A stretch of 64,000 nucleotides of DNA from a bacterium. GTDB lineage: Bacteria > Zhuqueibacterota > Zhuqueibacteria > Residuimicrobiales > Krinioviventaceae. The DNA is taken from assembly GCA_963693055.1 (NCBI GenBank), contig OY843751.1, positions 96,001-160,000 of the forward strand, given 5' to 3'. The position numbers and the translations under genes were made by a program. The number at the start of each line of letters is the position of its first letter. The first letter of the stretch is position 1. This document shows, one piece after another, positions 1 to 9,754 of this stretch. A model generated the notes under the pieces. The model searched no databases, was not told where the DNA came from, and saw only the letters and a list, made by a program, of their open reading frames with translations.

Positions 1-1
1 G

Positions 2-64
2 GACCTGGAATATGCGGACGAGCTGACATTAGCCAGAGCACTTGAAGGACGCATGGATTTTTAA
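2..64 (+). CDS. recR: Recombination protein RecR, C-terminal fragment (runs off the window start)
   Basis: Translates DLEYADELTLARALEGRMDF*, the typical RecR C-terminus. Confidence 0.85.
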   Translation, partial: DLEYADELTLARALEGRMDF

Positions 65-76
65 CCTGTTTTCATC

Positions 77-105
77 TTGCCTTTGATAAAGAGTTTTTTT
101 ATTAT
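77..105 (+). promoter_or_regulatory. Putative sigma70 promoter for the pgpA-cinA-thpR-recA-recX operon
   Basis: TTGCCT-N17-TATTAT, ~28 nt upstream of the pgpA ATG. Confidence 0.5.
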
Positions 106-132
106 ACATATTAAAAAAGATTGGGATATTTT

Positions 133-594
133 ATGAAAAAATATACTGCGCTTTGTATCGCAACTACATTCTTTTCCGGTTTGTTTCCCATAGCGCCCGG
201 TACCGTTGGTGCGTTTATCGCTGTTGTTGTTTTATGGTTTTTGCCGCCCTTGTCATGGCTGACTTTGGTGATTGCCTCTGCAATCTTTTTTGTCATTGGT
301 GTTTGGGCGTCTGATATTGCTGAAGCTGAATGGGGTAAAGATCCTGGCAAAGTCAACTGGGATGAAGTTGTTGGTATGATGATTTCGGTTATTGCATTGC
401 CCGCAAAGCACTGGATCATCTATGTGGCCGCGTTTTTTGCATTCAGGATATTTGATATCATCAAGCCTTTTCCTGTAAACAGAATGGAAAATATCAAAGG
501 CGGTATGGGTATTATGGCAGATGACGTAATGGCCGGAATTTATAGTAATCTGGTGTTACAGATCATTTTCCGGTTTATTTATCATGTTTCTTGA
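133..594 (+). CDS. pgpA: Phosphatidylglycerophosphatase A
   Basis: APGTVG, DPGKVNWDEVVG, FRIFDIIKPFP and GIMADDVMAG motifs. Confidence 0.93.
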   Translation: MKKYTALCIATTFFSGLFPIAPGTVGAFIAVVVLWFLPPLSWLTLVIASAIFFVIGVWASDIAEAEWGKDPGKVNWDEVVGMMISVIALPAKHWIIYVAAFFAFRIFDIIKPFPVNRMENIKGGMGIMADDVMAGIYSNLVLQIIFRFIYHVS

Positions 595-611
595 TTTGGT
601 AAAGTGATTTT

Positions 612-1856
612 ATGAATATAGAAATAATTTCCATCGGCGATGAGCTGTTAATCGGCCAAACCGTAAATACAAATGCAAGCTGGATGGGAGATCAGCTTTT
701 AAATATTGGAATTCAGGTAAAATGGGTCACAACTATTGGTGATGATCGATCACATTTGATAGATGCACTCAAAACCGCTGAATCTCGCGCGGATTCTATA
801 CTGGTAACAGGCGGTTTGGGACCAACACATGATGATATAACCAAAATGGTTATGACCGAATATTTTAACGATGAATTGATTTTGAGCGAAAAGCTCCTTG
901 AGCAGGTCAAAGAACGGTTCAGAATACGTAATGTACCCATGGTCAAGGTGAACGAAGAGCAAGCTTTGGTGCCAAAATCCGCTGAAATAATAGAGAACAA
1001 ATTGGGTACTGCTGCCGGTATGGTGTTCACCCGCAATGAAAAGCGTTTTTATGTACTTCCCGGTGTTCCGCGTGAAATGAAAGGCATGATGCATAGCTAT
1101 ATTCTGGATGATATCCGCAAGCGCACATCCGGATCGTTCAAAGTAAGAAAAACTCTGGCTACAACCGGTATCCCTGAAAGCACCTTGTTTGAAAAGATAG
1201 GCAATGTTGACGAGATTGAAAACCTTGCCAAAATTGCGTTTTTACCCAATCTTTCCGGAGTAAAGATTCGCATGATTTCGGAAGCGGAAACAGAATCTAA
1301 AGCAATGGAACTTTTGCAGCAGGCTGAAATTATGCTGCGTAAAAATATTGAAGCATTTATATATGCTGAAGACGATATGCCGCTTGAGGATGCCCTGGCG
1401 CAATTGCTGATAGAAAAAAAACAGACCCTTGCCATTGCGGAATCCTGCACGGGCGGATTAATCGCAAACAAGTTTACCAATTTATCAGGTAGTTCCGCGT
1501 TTTTGTTAGGAGGTGTTGTCAGCTACAGCAATCAGGCCAAGATGGATATTTTGGGAGTACCTCCTGAATTGATTGAAATGCATGGTGCTGTTAGCGCAGA
1601 GGTGGCGCAGGCAATGGCAAAAGGTGCCCGCGAACGTTTTGGTGCTGATTACGCCGTATCCACAACCGGTATTGCCGGGCCCACTGGTGGAACGGATGAA
1701 AAACCGGTAGGACTGGTGTATGTGGGTTATGCTGATGCCAACGGAACCAACTTCAAAAAAAGAACTTTTTTTAATGATCGCCTTGGCAATAAAGAGCGAT
1801 TTTCGCAGGTTGCATTAGACCTGCTGCGCAAAAAAATATTGGGTATGGAGCCATAA
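612..1856 (+). CDS. cinA: Competence/damage-inducible protein CinA (MoCF domain plus PncC NMN deamidase)
   Basis: IGDELLIG, GGLGPTHDDIT, AESCTGG and TGIAGPTGG motifs. Confidence 0.95.
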   Translation: MNIEIISIGDELLIGQTVNTNASWMGDQLLNIGIQVKWVTTIGDDRSHLIDALKTAESRADSILVTGGLGPTHDDITKMVMTEYFNDELILSEKLLEQVKERFRIRNVPMVKVNEEQALVPKSAEIIENKLGTAAGMVFTRNEKRFYVLPGVPREMKGMMHSYILDDIRKRTSGSFKVRKTLATTGIPESTLFEKIGNVDEIENLAKIAFLPNLSGVKIRMISEAETESKAMELLQQAEIMLRKNIEAFIYAEDDMPLEDALAQLLIEKKQTLAIAESCTGGLIANKFTNLSGSSAFLLGGVVSYSNQAKMDILGVPPELIEMHGAVSAEVAQAMAKGARERFGADYAVSTTGIAGPTGGTDEKPVGLVYVGYADANGTNFKKRTFFNDRLGNKERFSQVALDLLRKKILGMEP

Positions 1857-1857
1857 T

Positions 1858-2418
1858 ATGGCATATATCCGTACATTTATTTGTTTTGAAATACCTTCAG
1901 GCATACGAAATGAAATTCGTGAATTGCAGGCGCAATTGAAACCATTGGGACGCGGTGTGCGCTGGGTGAACCCCGATGGTATTCACCTGACTTTGAAATT
2001 TTTGGGCAAAGTTCAGGAAAACAATCTGGATGATATAGCAAGCGCTGTTCAACAAGCAGTAACCTCTTGTCGTCCTGCGGAAGTTACAGTTAAAGGAGCA
2101 GGAGCATTTCCCAATTTTAGAAATCCCCGGGTATACTGGGTAGGTGTGAATGAACCCGCGGGAGAAATGGTGCGTTGTCAGCAAGCTATAGAAACGGAAT
2201 TGGAAAAACTGGGTTACGACAAAGAAAATCGCCGGTTTTCTCCGCACTTGACGATTGGCAGAATTAAAGATTCTGATGGTATTGACAGCGTATCTAATGA
2301 ATTACAAACTATTGTTAAAGAATTCGGAGCATTTACAGCAGATAAAGTTATTGTAATGAAAAGTGAGTTAAAACCTTCCGGTGCTGTGTATACTCCGTTA
2401 TATCATATCAACATTTAA
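1858..2418 (+). CDS. thpR: RNA 2',3'-cyclic phosphodiesterase (2H phosphoesterase)
   Basis: Two HxT motifs ([15 protein letters not shown]); usual position between cinA and recA. Confidence 0.92.
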   Translation: MAYIRTFICFEIPSGIRNEIRELQAQLKPLGRGVRWVNPDGIHLTLKFLGKVQENNLDDIASAVQQAVTSCRPAEVTVKGAGAFPNFRNPRVYWVGVNEPAGEMVRCQQAIETELEKLGYDKENRRFSPHLTIGRIKDSDGIDSVSNELQTIVKEFGAFTADKVIVMKSELKPSGAVYTPLYHINI

Positions 2419-2435
2419 TAAGACAGGATCAAGTT

Positions 2436-3506
2436 ATGGCTGAACAGAAAAATGAACGCAAAAGTGTATTAGATTCGGCAATGAGTCAAATAGAGCGCCA
2501 GTATGGTAAAGGATCTATCATGTGGCTGGGTGAGAATAAAAAAATTGCAATTGACAGTATTCCCACTGGCTCCATTTCTCTTGATGCCGCACTTGGTATT
2601 GGCGGTATCCCCAGAGGCAGAATTATTGAAATTTATGGCCCTGAATCATCAGGTAAAACTACACTGGCATTACATATTGTTGCAGAAGCTCAAAAACTTG
2701 GCGGTCTGGCAGGCTTTATCGATGCAGAGCACGCGATGGATGCCGGCTATGCAAAAAAATTGGGTGTAGATACAGACAACCTGTTAATTTCTCAACCAGA
2801 TACCGGTGAACAGGCCCTTGAAATTACCGAGACTCTGGTCCGCAGTAACGCACTGGATGTTATTGTTGTAGACTCTGTTGCGGCATTGGTTCCCCGTGCT
2901 GAAATTGAAGGTGACATGGGCGACGCGCAGATGGGTTTGCAGGCCAGATTAATGTCTCAGGCTATGCGTAAATTGACCGCGGCAATCAGCAAATCAAAAT
3001 GTTCGGTTATCTTTATTAACCAGATCCGTGAAAAGATCGGTGTAATGTTTGGAAGTCCTGAAACGACTACCGGTGGTCGGGCGCTTAAATTTTATTCATC
3101 CGTCCGGTTGGATATTCGCCGTGTTGCGTCCATCAAAGATGGTGAAAATGTAATTGGTAACCGCACCAAAGTCAAAGTTGTTAAAAACAAGGTAGCACCG
3201 CCATTCCGTGAAACCCAGTTTGATATTATTTACGGTGTAGGTATATCCAAAACCGGTGATCTGCTTGATCTGGCAGTTGATAAGGAAATTATAGAAAAAT
3301 CAGGTGCCTGGTTCTCTTATGGAGAAGAAAGGCTGGGCCAGGGACGTGAAAATGTAAAGCGTTACTTGTCTGAAAATCCTGCAATGATTGAAGAAATTGA
3401 AGTCAAAGTGAGAAAAGCTTTGGATTTGATTCCGTCTGATGAGGAACCTGAAAAAGAAGCAGTAAAAGAAAAAACAGAAAAAGAAGAAACGACTGACGAT
3501 AAATAA
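2436..3506 (+). CDS. recA: Recombinase RecA
   Basis: GPESSGKTT Walker A; [14 protein letters not shown] signature. Confidence 0.99.
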   Translation: MAEQKNERKSVLDSAMSQIERQYGKGSIMWLGENKKIAIDSIPTGSISLDAALGIGGIPRGRIIEIYGPESSGKTTLALHIVAEAQKLGGLAGFIDAEHAMDAGYAKKLGVDTDNLLISQPDTGEQALEITETLVRSNALDVIVVDSVAALVPRAEIEGDMGDAQMGLQARLMSQAMRKLTAAISKSKCSVIFINQIREKIGVMFGSPETTTGGRALKFYSSVRLDIRRVASIKDGENVIGNRTKVKVVKNKVAPPFRETQFDIIYGVGISKTGDLLDLAVDKEIIEKSGAWFSYGEERLGQGRENVKRYLSENPAMIEEIEVKVRKALDLIPSDEEPEKEAVKEKTEKEETTDDK

Positions 3507-4153
3507 TGTCTGAAATTCGGCGAATCACCGACATACAGATCCAGCAGAAACGAAAGAGCCGGGTTTCTGTTTTTTTAGACGGAGAGTTTGCCTTTGGTCT
3601 GGATCAGGATGTTCTGATCAAATCCGGAATTGCTCAAGGCGATGAGCTGGATGAAAAGCAGATAGCCGAGATCATTCGCCTTGAAGAATTGAAGCAGGCA
3701 AAAGAAAAGGGTGTCCGTTTGTTGGCAGTACGGGCGCGCAGTAAAAAAGAGTTGAGTGATCGTTTTCGGCAGAGTAAAATATCGGCAAAAGTGATTGAAG
3801 AGGTGCTTGCCGAGTTTGAACGATTAAATTTACTGAATGATACAGAATTTGCAATCATGTTTGCCCGAAATCGTATGATAACCAAGCCGGTAGGTAACAG
3901 GATGCTCAGAAATGAGTTGAGGACCAAAGGTCTGAATGAGCAGGATATTGAAAAAGGTGTCCAGGCAGCATACGATGAAACCAGCGAGTATGAATTTGCG
4001 TACCAGGTAGCGTTGAAAGCAAAAAAAAGATACAGGTCACATGAAGACGACAAGGCGAAAAAGAAATCAACGGATTTTTTATTGCGCCGCGGTTTTACAT
4101 GGGATATTGTGAGTGATATAATGGAAAATTGGGAACAATTGGATATTGAATAA
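3506..4153 (+). CDS. recX: Regulatory protein RecX
   Basis: Directly after recA; RSKKEL, LNDTEFA and FLLRRGF motifs. Confidence 0.9.
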   Translation: MSEIRRITDIQIQQKRKSRVSVFLDGEFAFGLDQDVLIKSGIAQGDELDEKQIAEIIRLEELKQAKEKGVRLLAVRARSKKELSDRFRQSKISAKVIEEVLAEFERLNLLNDTEFAIMFARNRMITKPVGNRMLRNELRTKGLNEQDIEKGVQAAYDETSEYEFAYQVALKAKKRYRSHEDDKAKKKSTDFLLRRGFTWDIVSDIMENWEQLDIE

Positions 4154-5339
4154 TAAAGAATTAAAAAAATTAAAACATGGTACACGGATGATCCATGCGG
4201 CAGCGCAGCCGGAACAGCCGGTACGTTCGCATGTTCCTCCTATTTACCAGACTGTGAATTTTGAATATGAAACCGCCCAGGATGGGTTGGATATATTTGA
4301 AGGCAAAAAAGAAGGGTATATTTACACCCGCGATGGCAATCCTACCACGGATTTGCTGGCCAATATGGTGGCGTTGCTTGAAAATGCAGAAGCCGGATTA
4401 GCGGCTGCCTCGGGTATGGCTGCTATCAGCAGTGCTGTAATGACGTTTGTAAGACCCGGAGATCATATTGTATCATCCGCTGCTATTTATGGCGGTACCC
4501 GTACCTGGTTTAAAAAGCACCTTGAACCGTTTCTGATCAATACTTCTTTTGTTGATATTACGGATCCGGAGGCAGTCAAAGCAGCCATAACAGACAAGAC
4601 TAAAATTCTGTATACTGAAGTTGTTGGGAACCCACATTTGGTGGTTTCAGATATTCGCAAATTGGCTGAAATCGCCAAAGCGCATAATATCCGTCTGGTT
4701 GTAGACAATACTTTTACACCACCGCCCATCTGTTCTCCATTGGATCTGGGAGCAGATATTGTTGTGCACAGCGCAACAAAATACATTGGTGGTCATGGTG
4801 ATATTATCGGCGGAATGATAGTCAGCGATCTGGAAACCATACGTGAGATTATACCCACCATGAGCAAGTTTGGCGGTGTCATGAGTCCGTTCAACGCATG
4901 GCTTGCCATTCGCGGTCTCAAAACTTTGAATTTGCGCCTTGAACGACATTGTGAAAATGCCATGCGCATTGCAGAGTATTTATTAGCTCATGAACAGGTG
5001 AATAAGGTCTTTTATCCCGGATTGGCGGAACACCATTGCCATGACATTGCCGCATCTCAAATGCAGGGTTTTGGTGGTATGATGGCCTTTGAAGTCAAAG
5101 GCGGCTTTGATGCCGGTAAAACCGTAATGAACAGCGTTAAGGTTTGCAGCTTTACAGTCAGTTTGGGTGAGATCGATACCCTCATCATGCATCCGGCATC
5201 CACATCGCATGTGGGGCTGACGCGTGAAGAGCGGGAAGCTATTGGTATTACCGATGGTATGCTGCGGTTGTCCATTGGCATTGAAGATGTGGACGAGCTG
5301 ATTGCTGATTTAGAGCAGGCTTTGGCGCAGATTAAATAG
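4146..5339 (+). CDS. PLP-dependent trans-sulfuration enzyme (methionine gamma-lyase / cystathionine gamma-synthase family)
   Basis: PPIYQT, YTRDGNPT, HSATKYIGGHGD (PLP lysine), LRLSIGIED. Confidence 0.9.
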   Translation: MNNKELKKLKHGTRMIHAAAQPEQPVRSHVPPIYQTVNFEYETAQDGLDIFEGKKEGYIYTRDGNPTTDLLANMVALLENAEAGLAAASGMAAISSAVMTFVRPGDHIVSSAAIYGGTRTWFKKHLEPFLINTSFVDITDPEAVKAAITDKTKILYTEVVGNPHLVVSDIRKLAEIAKAHNIRLVVDNTFTPPPICSPLDLGADIVVHSATKYIGGHGDIIGGMIVSDLETIREIIPTMSKFGGVMSPFNAWLAIRGLKTLNLRLERHCENAMRIAEYLLAHEQVNKVFYPGLAEHHCHDIAASQMQGFGGMMAFEVKGGFDAGKTVMNSVKVCSFTVSLGEIDTLIMHPASTSHVGLTREEREAIGITDGMLRLSIGIEDVDELIADLEQALAQIK

Positions 5340-5505
5340 GGTTTCACTACAGAACTATGTGGTTTATGTTTTTTCATGTCTTGAAAAACATGAAACTCTG
5401 TGCTAAAAAGTTGTTTTTGAGTTTGTTTTTTATTAGATTTATAGAGATATTTTTTTTATCTTTTGAGATTATAGTTATTCTTTGATTTGTAAACAGGATT
5501 CTTAT

Positions 5506-8127
5506 ATGACATCGAGTGAGATTCGCCAATCATTTTTAGATTTTTTTAAAAGCAAGCAGCACCACATTGTTAACAGCGCTCCGGTAGTACCGCAAGACGA
5601 TCCTACCTTGTTGTTTACCAATGCCGGTATGAACCAGTTTAAAGATATTTTTCTTGGCAGTCGACAAATTACCCACAGTCGTATTGCAGATTCACAAAAA
5701 TGTATTCGTGTGTCAGGAAAGCATAATGACCTTGAAGAAGTGGGTCGTGATACCTACCATCACACCTTTTTTGAAATGCTGGGAAACTGGTCTTTTGGTG
5801 ATTATTTTAAAGCGGAAGCTATAGAATGGGCCTGGGAACTCATAACCGATGTTTGGGGATTACCCAAAGATAAACTTTATGCTACGGTTTTCAGCGGTGA
5901 TGATAAAGATGGTGTGGAAGCAGATATAGAAGCTGAAAATGAATGGAAAAAACGTACCGATATTGACCATTCTCATATTATGAGATTTGATAAAAAAGAC
6001 AATTTCTGGGAAATGGGCGAAACCGGTCCCTGTGGCCCCTGTTCAGAGCTTCATATTGACCGGGGAGAAGGGTTTTGTGACAGCAAAGATCCCAATCATG
6101 TCTGTGAGGTAAACAGCGGTTGTGCACGCTATATTGAATTGTGGAACCTGGTTTTTATACAATATAATCGTGATGATGAAGGGAAACTCCATCTGTTGCC
6201 ATCCAAGCATGTGGATACAGGTGCAGGTTTTGAACGTCTTGTTGCAGTCATGCAAAACAAGAATTCCAATTATGATTCCGATGTCTTTACGCCTATTTTA
6301 GATGTTATTGCAAAAATAACAGGCGTTCCCTATAGTGACGGTGAAGAAGGTGTGGCGTTTCGTGTGCTTGCCGACCATATCCGTGCGCTTTCCTTTGCTA
6401 TTGCTGATGGAGCTATACCCAGCAATGACGGCCGGGGTTATGTTTTAAGAAGAATTTTAAGACGTGGTGCGCGTTTTGGCCGTGTGCTCAATATGCGCGA
6501 ACCGTTTATTTATAAATTGTTGGACCCACTGATAGAGGTAATGGGTTCTGCGTATCCGGAAATTGCGGAAAGAAAAGATTATATCGCCCGGGTGATCAAA
6601 GCAGAAGAAGAAAGCTTTGGCCGTACCCTTGATCGTGGAATTGAGCTGTTTGAGCAAAAAGCTGGTGCAGCCCAGTCTGCGGGCACAACAGTGTTCTCTG
6701 GTAAAGATGCGTTTTTACTGCATGATACCTATGGGTTCCCCCTTGATCTGACCGAGTTGATGGCAGAAGAAAAAGGATTGTCGGTAGATACCGAAGCGTT
6801 CAACAGTGAAATGGAACAACAGCGTGAACGTTCCGGCAAAGACCGCAAGCTGGTTTATGATACGATTCAGGTGGATGCCGGTGAAGAAAAATCCGAATTT
6901 GTAGGCTATATAAAGGACGAAACCGAAACTGAAATTTTGCATTATGAACAGGGCCGTATTGTACTGCGTCACAGTCCGTTTTATGCGGAATCCGGTGGTC
7001 AGGTAGGCGATACAGGGCATATTTTTAATGATCATTTCAAATTCAGGGTAGAGAATACCAAGAATATGGGTGAACATATCGTTCATATTGGAGAATTGGA
7101 AAGCGGTACACCGCCCAAGGCGGGTGATTCTGTATATGCCGAGATCAATATTGAAAAACGTCGTGCAACCGAGCGCAACCATACTGTAACCCATTTGCTG
7201 CACAAAGCGCTTCGTACCGTTTTAGGTGATCATGTTCATCAGGCAGGTTCGTTGGTACATCCGGATTATATGCGTTTTGACTTTACGCATTTTGAAAAAG
7301 TCAGTGATGAAGATATTAGAGAAATTGAATCCATTGTTAATCATAATATATTGGCAAACCGTGCTACAACCTGGCAGGTTATGAATATAGATAAAGCCAA
7401 AGAAATGGGCGCTATGGCTCTTTTTGGTGAAAAATATGGCGACGAGGTTCGTATGGTAGAGATTGACGGTTATTCCCGTGAATTGTGTGGGGGTACCCAT
7501 GTCAGAGCTACTGGAGAGATTGGTGAGTTTGTAATTACCACTGAAAGTGCGGTTGCCGCAGGTACACGCCGAATTGAATCTTTGACAGGTTTTAAGGCAT
7601 TCGAGTATCAGCGCCATAATCGCGAGTTGCTGAATGCAAGTGCGAGCACGCTTGGCTGTCCTCCGGACGAAACGCAGACGAGAATTCAGTCTCTGTTGGA
7701 AGAACGTAAAGCTATGGAGCAGGAATTAAAGTCACTGCGTGAGAAAGGTTCCAAAAACAGTATAGAAGACCTGTTGGCATCTGTTAAAGAGATAGAGGGT
7801 GTTAAAGTTGCGGTTGGTAAGTTGAATGTGAGCAGCGTAGACGAGCTGCGTGCAGCCGGCGACATCCTAAGAAACAGCCTGGGCTCGGGAGTAGGTGTGC
7901 TGGGCTCTGTAATAAATGACAAAGTAAACTTTTTGTGTATAGTTACCAAAGATGTGATTAATGCTCACCAGTTAAAAGCCGGTGATATTGTTAAAGAAGT
8001 TGCGGCTATTGCAGGTGGCAGCGGTGGTGGTAGTCCGCACATGGCTTTGGCCGGAGCCAAAGATGTAGAAAAATTGCAGGATGCTTTGCTTGAAACCGAA
8101 AGCATCGTTCGACGTAAATTATCCTAA
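5506..8127 (+). CDS. alaS: Alanine--tRNA ligase
   Basis: DPTLLFTNAGMNQFK, HHTFFEMLGNWSFGDY, editing HxxxH and ELCGGTH, C-terminal GGSGGG. Confidence 0.99.
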   Translation: MTSSEIRQSFLDFFKSKQHHIVNSAPVVPQDDPTLLFTNAGMNQFKDIFLGSRQITHSRIADSQKCIRVSGKHNDLEEVGRDTYHHTFFEMLGNWSFGDYFKAEAIEWAWELITDVWGLPKDKLYATVFSGDDKDGVEADIEAENEWKKRTDIDHSHIMRFDKKDNFWEMGETGPCGPCSELHIDRGEGFCDSKDPNHVCEVNSGCARYIELWNLVFIQYNRDDEGKLHLLPSKHVDTGAGFERLVAVMQNKNSNYDSDVFTPILDVIAKITGVPYSDGEEGVAFRVLADHIRALSFAIADGAIPSNDGRGYVLRRILRRGARFGRVLNMREPFIYKLLDPLIEVMGSAYPEIAERKDYIARVIKAEEESFGRTLDRGIELFEQKAGAAQSAGTTVFSGKDAFLLHDTYGFPLDLTELMAEEKGLSVDTEAFNSEMEQQRERSGKDRKLVYDTIQVDAGEEKSEFVGYIKDETETEILHYEQGRIVLRHSPFYAESGGQVGDTGHIFNDHFKFRVENTKNMGEHIVHIGELESGTPPKAGDSVYAEINIEKRRATERNHTVTHLLHKALRTVLGDHVHQAGSLVHPDYMRFDFTHFEKVSDEDIREIESIVNHNILANRATTWQVMNIDKAKEMGAMALFGEKYGDEVRMVEIDGYSRELCGGTHVRATGEIGEFVITTESAVAAGTRRIESLTGFKAFEYQRHNRELLNASASTLGCPPDETQTRIQSLLEERKAMEQELKSLREKGSKNSIEDLLASVKEIEGVKVAVGKLNVSSVDELRAAGDILRNSLGSGVGVLGSVINDKVNFLCIVTKDVINAHQLKAGDIVKEVAAIAGGSGGGSPHMALAGAKDVEKLQDALLETESIVRRKLS

Positions 8128-8153
8128 GAAACGCCGAAAGGACCAGATAAGAA

Positions 8154-8903
8154 TTGAAGGTCATTGAAAAGCTCCTTCAGGTAAAAGAGCAAAGAGGCGG
8201 CGGCTATTTTGTTCTCATAGATCCTGACAAGCAGGAAATCAGTGAAGCAGTAGCACTGGCCCAAAAATGTGAATCCGCCGGTGTTGATGCCCTGTTGGTT
8301 GGGGGCAGTCTGTTATTTAAAAATTGTTTTGATGAGCTGATACAGGCAATTAAAGCAGAATGTAATTTGCCGCTTATAATTTTCCCTGGCAGTACACGCC
8401 AATTGTCTCCATACGCGGATGCAGTTTTGTTTTTGTCTCTGGTTAGCGGCAGAAATCCGCATCGCCTGATAGGTGAGCAGGTTATGGCAGCACCTATCAT
8501 CAAATCCATGGATCTGGAAACAATTTCTACAGCATACATGTTTGTAGAATCCGGGAATATGACAACCGCGCAATTTATCAGTGACACGCGTCCATTACCG
8601 CGTGAAAAACCGGATATAGCCATAGCGCATGTGCTGGCTTCTGAATTTTTAGGAATGCGTTTGGCATACCTGGAAGCTGGCAGTGGTGCAAAATATTCGG
8701 TACCCGAAGAAATGATCAAGATTATTGGTAAATATAGTAATATGCCATTAATTGTTGGCGGGGGAATTCGAAAACCGGAAGATGCCCGGAATAAAATACT
8801 TGCTGGTGCCAGTTTTATTGTAACAGGCAATGTTCTGGAAAATAACCAGGACCCGGAATTAATAAAAGCTTTTGCTGACGCCATACATTATAAAGAAAAT
8901 TAA
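8154..8903 (+). CDS. Geranylgeranylglyceryl/heptaprenylglyceryl phosphate synthase (group II-like)
   Basis: VLIDPDK, LVGGS, IIFPG, YLEAGSGA and VGGGIR motifs. Confidence 0.9.
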   Translation: MKVIEKLLQVKEQRGGGYFVLIDPDKQEISEAVALAQKCESAGVDALLVGGSLLFKNCFDELIQAIKAECNLPLIIFPGSTRQLSPYADAVLFLSLVSGRNPHRLIGEQVMAAPIIKSMDLETISTAYMFVESGNMTTAQFISDTRPLPREKPDIAIAHVLASEFLGMRLAYLEAGSGAKYSVPEEMIKIIGKYSNMPLIVGGGIRKPEDARNKILAGASFIVTGNVLENNQDPELIKAFADAIHYKEN

Positions 8904-8919
8904 AGTATAGAAAAATATT

Positions 8920-9708
8920 TTGATAGATACACACTCACACGTGATTGCCCATTGGGATGACGGTGCGCCAAACTGGGAAGTATCTCTGGATATGCTGCGA
9001 CAGGCGCAAAAAGATGGTATTACCGAGATCGTTTGTACTCCGCATTTTTTATCACAAGCCGATCTGGATCGGGAAGAAGAAATTTGGGCCTTGTATGAAG
9101 AACTGGTAGAACACGCCAGATCTGAAAATATCCCCATTACCATTCATATGGGTGGTGAATTATATTTACAGCCTGAATTGAAACTGGATCAAAAGGTTAG
9201 TACCTTTGCGCAAAATGGCAGGTATTTTTTGGTCGAGTTTCCCATGGCCTTGATACCGGATCATGCTCCGCAGATGTTTTTCAATTATTTGATGGATGGT
9301 AATACACCTGTGTTGGCACATCCGGAACGAAATGGTGGATTTATAGAGTCTCCCGACAAGGCTTATGATTTTGTAGAGCGAGGAACATTACTGCAGGTTA
9401 CGGCTGGTAGTCTGCTGGGCAATTTCGGATCTCAAGTTAAAAATCTGGCATTTAAATTATTGGATGCCAATCTGGTTCATGTTGTAGCAACTGACGCACA
9501 CAATCTTACATCCCGACCTTTGTTATTAAAAAGTGCTTACAATCTGGTAGCCGAAACCTGGGGAACTGATCGTGCTGAATTGTTGTTTAATATAAATCCT
9601 AAAAAGCTGATACAGGGCCAGGATATTTCCATTGGAGATGCAAAACCGGTAGCAGAAGAGGCCAACAAAGGATTCAGTAGTAAATTACGATCATTGTTCT
9701 CCAAATAG
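8920..9708 (+). CDS. CpsB/CapC-family PHP tyrosine-protein phosphatase
   Basis: IDTHSH, DDGA, TPH, LAHPERN and ATDAH motifs. Confidence 0.88.
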   Translation: MIDTHSHVIAHWDDGAPNWEVSLDMLRQAQKDGITEIVCTPHFLSQADLDREEEIWALYEELVEHARSENIPITIHMGGELYLQPELKLDQKVSTFAQNGRYFLVEFPMALIPDHAPQMFFNYLMDGNTPVLAHPERNGGFIESPDKAYDFVERGTLLQVTAGSLLGNFGSQVKNLAFKLLDANLVHVVATDAHNLTSRPLLLKSAYNLVAETWGTDRAELLFNINPKKLIQGQDISIGDAKPVAEEANKGFSSKLRSLFSK

Positions 9709-9754
9709 CAACATTCGGGTACCTGTTATTTTGATTTAAATTATGTAGGTAAAA

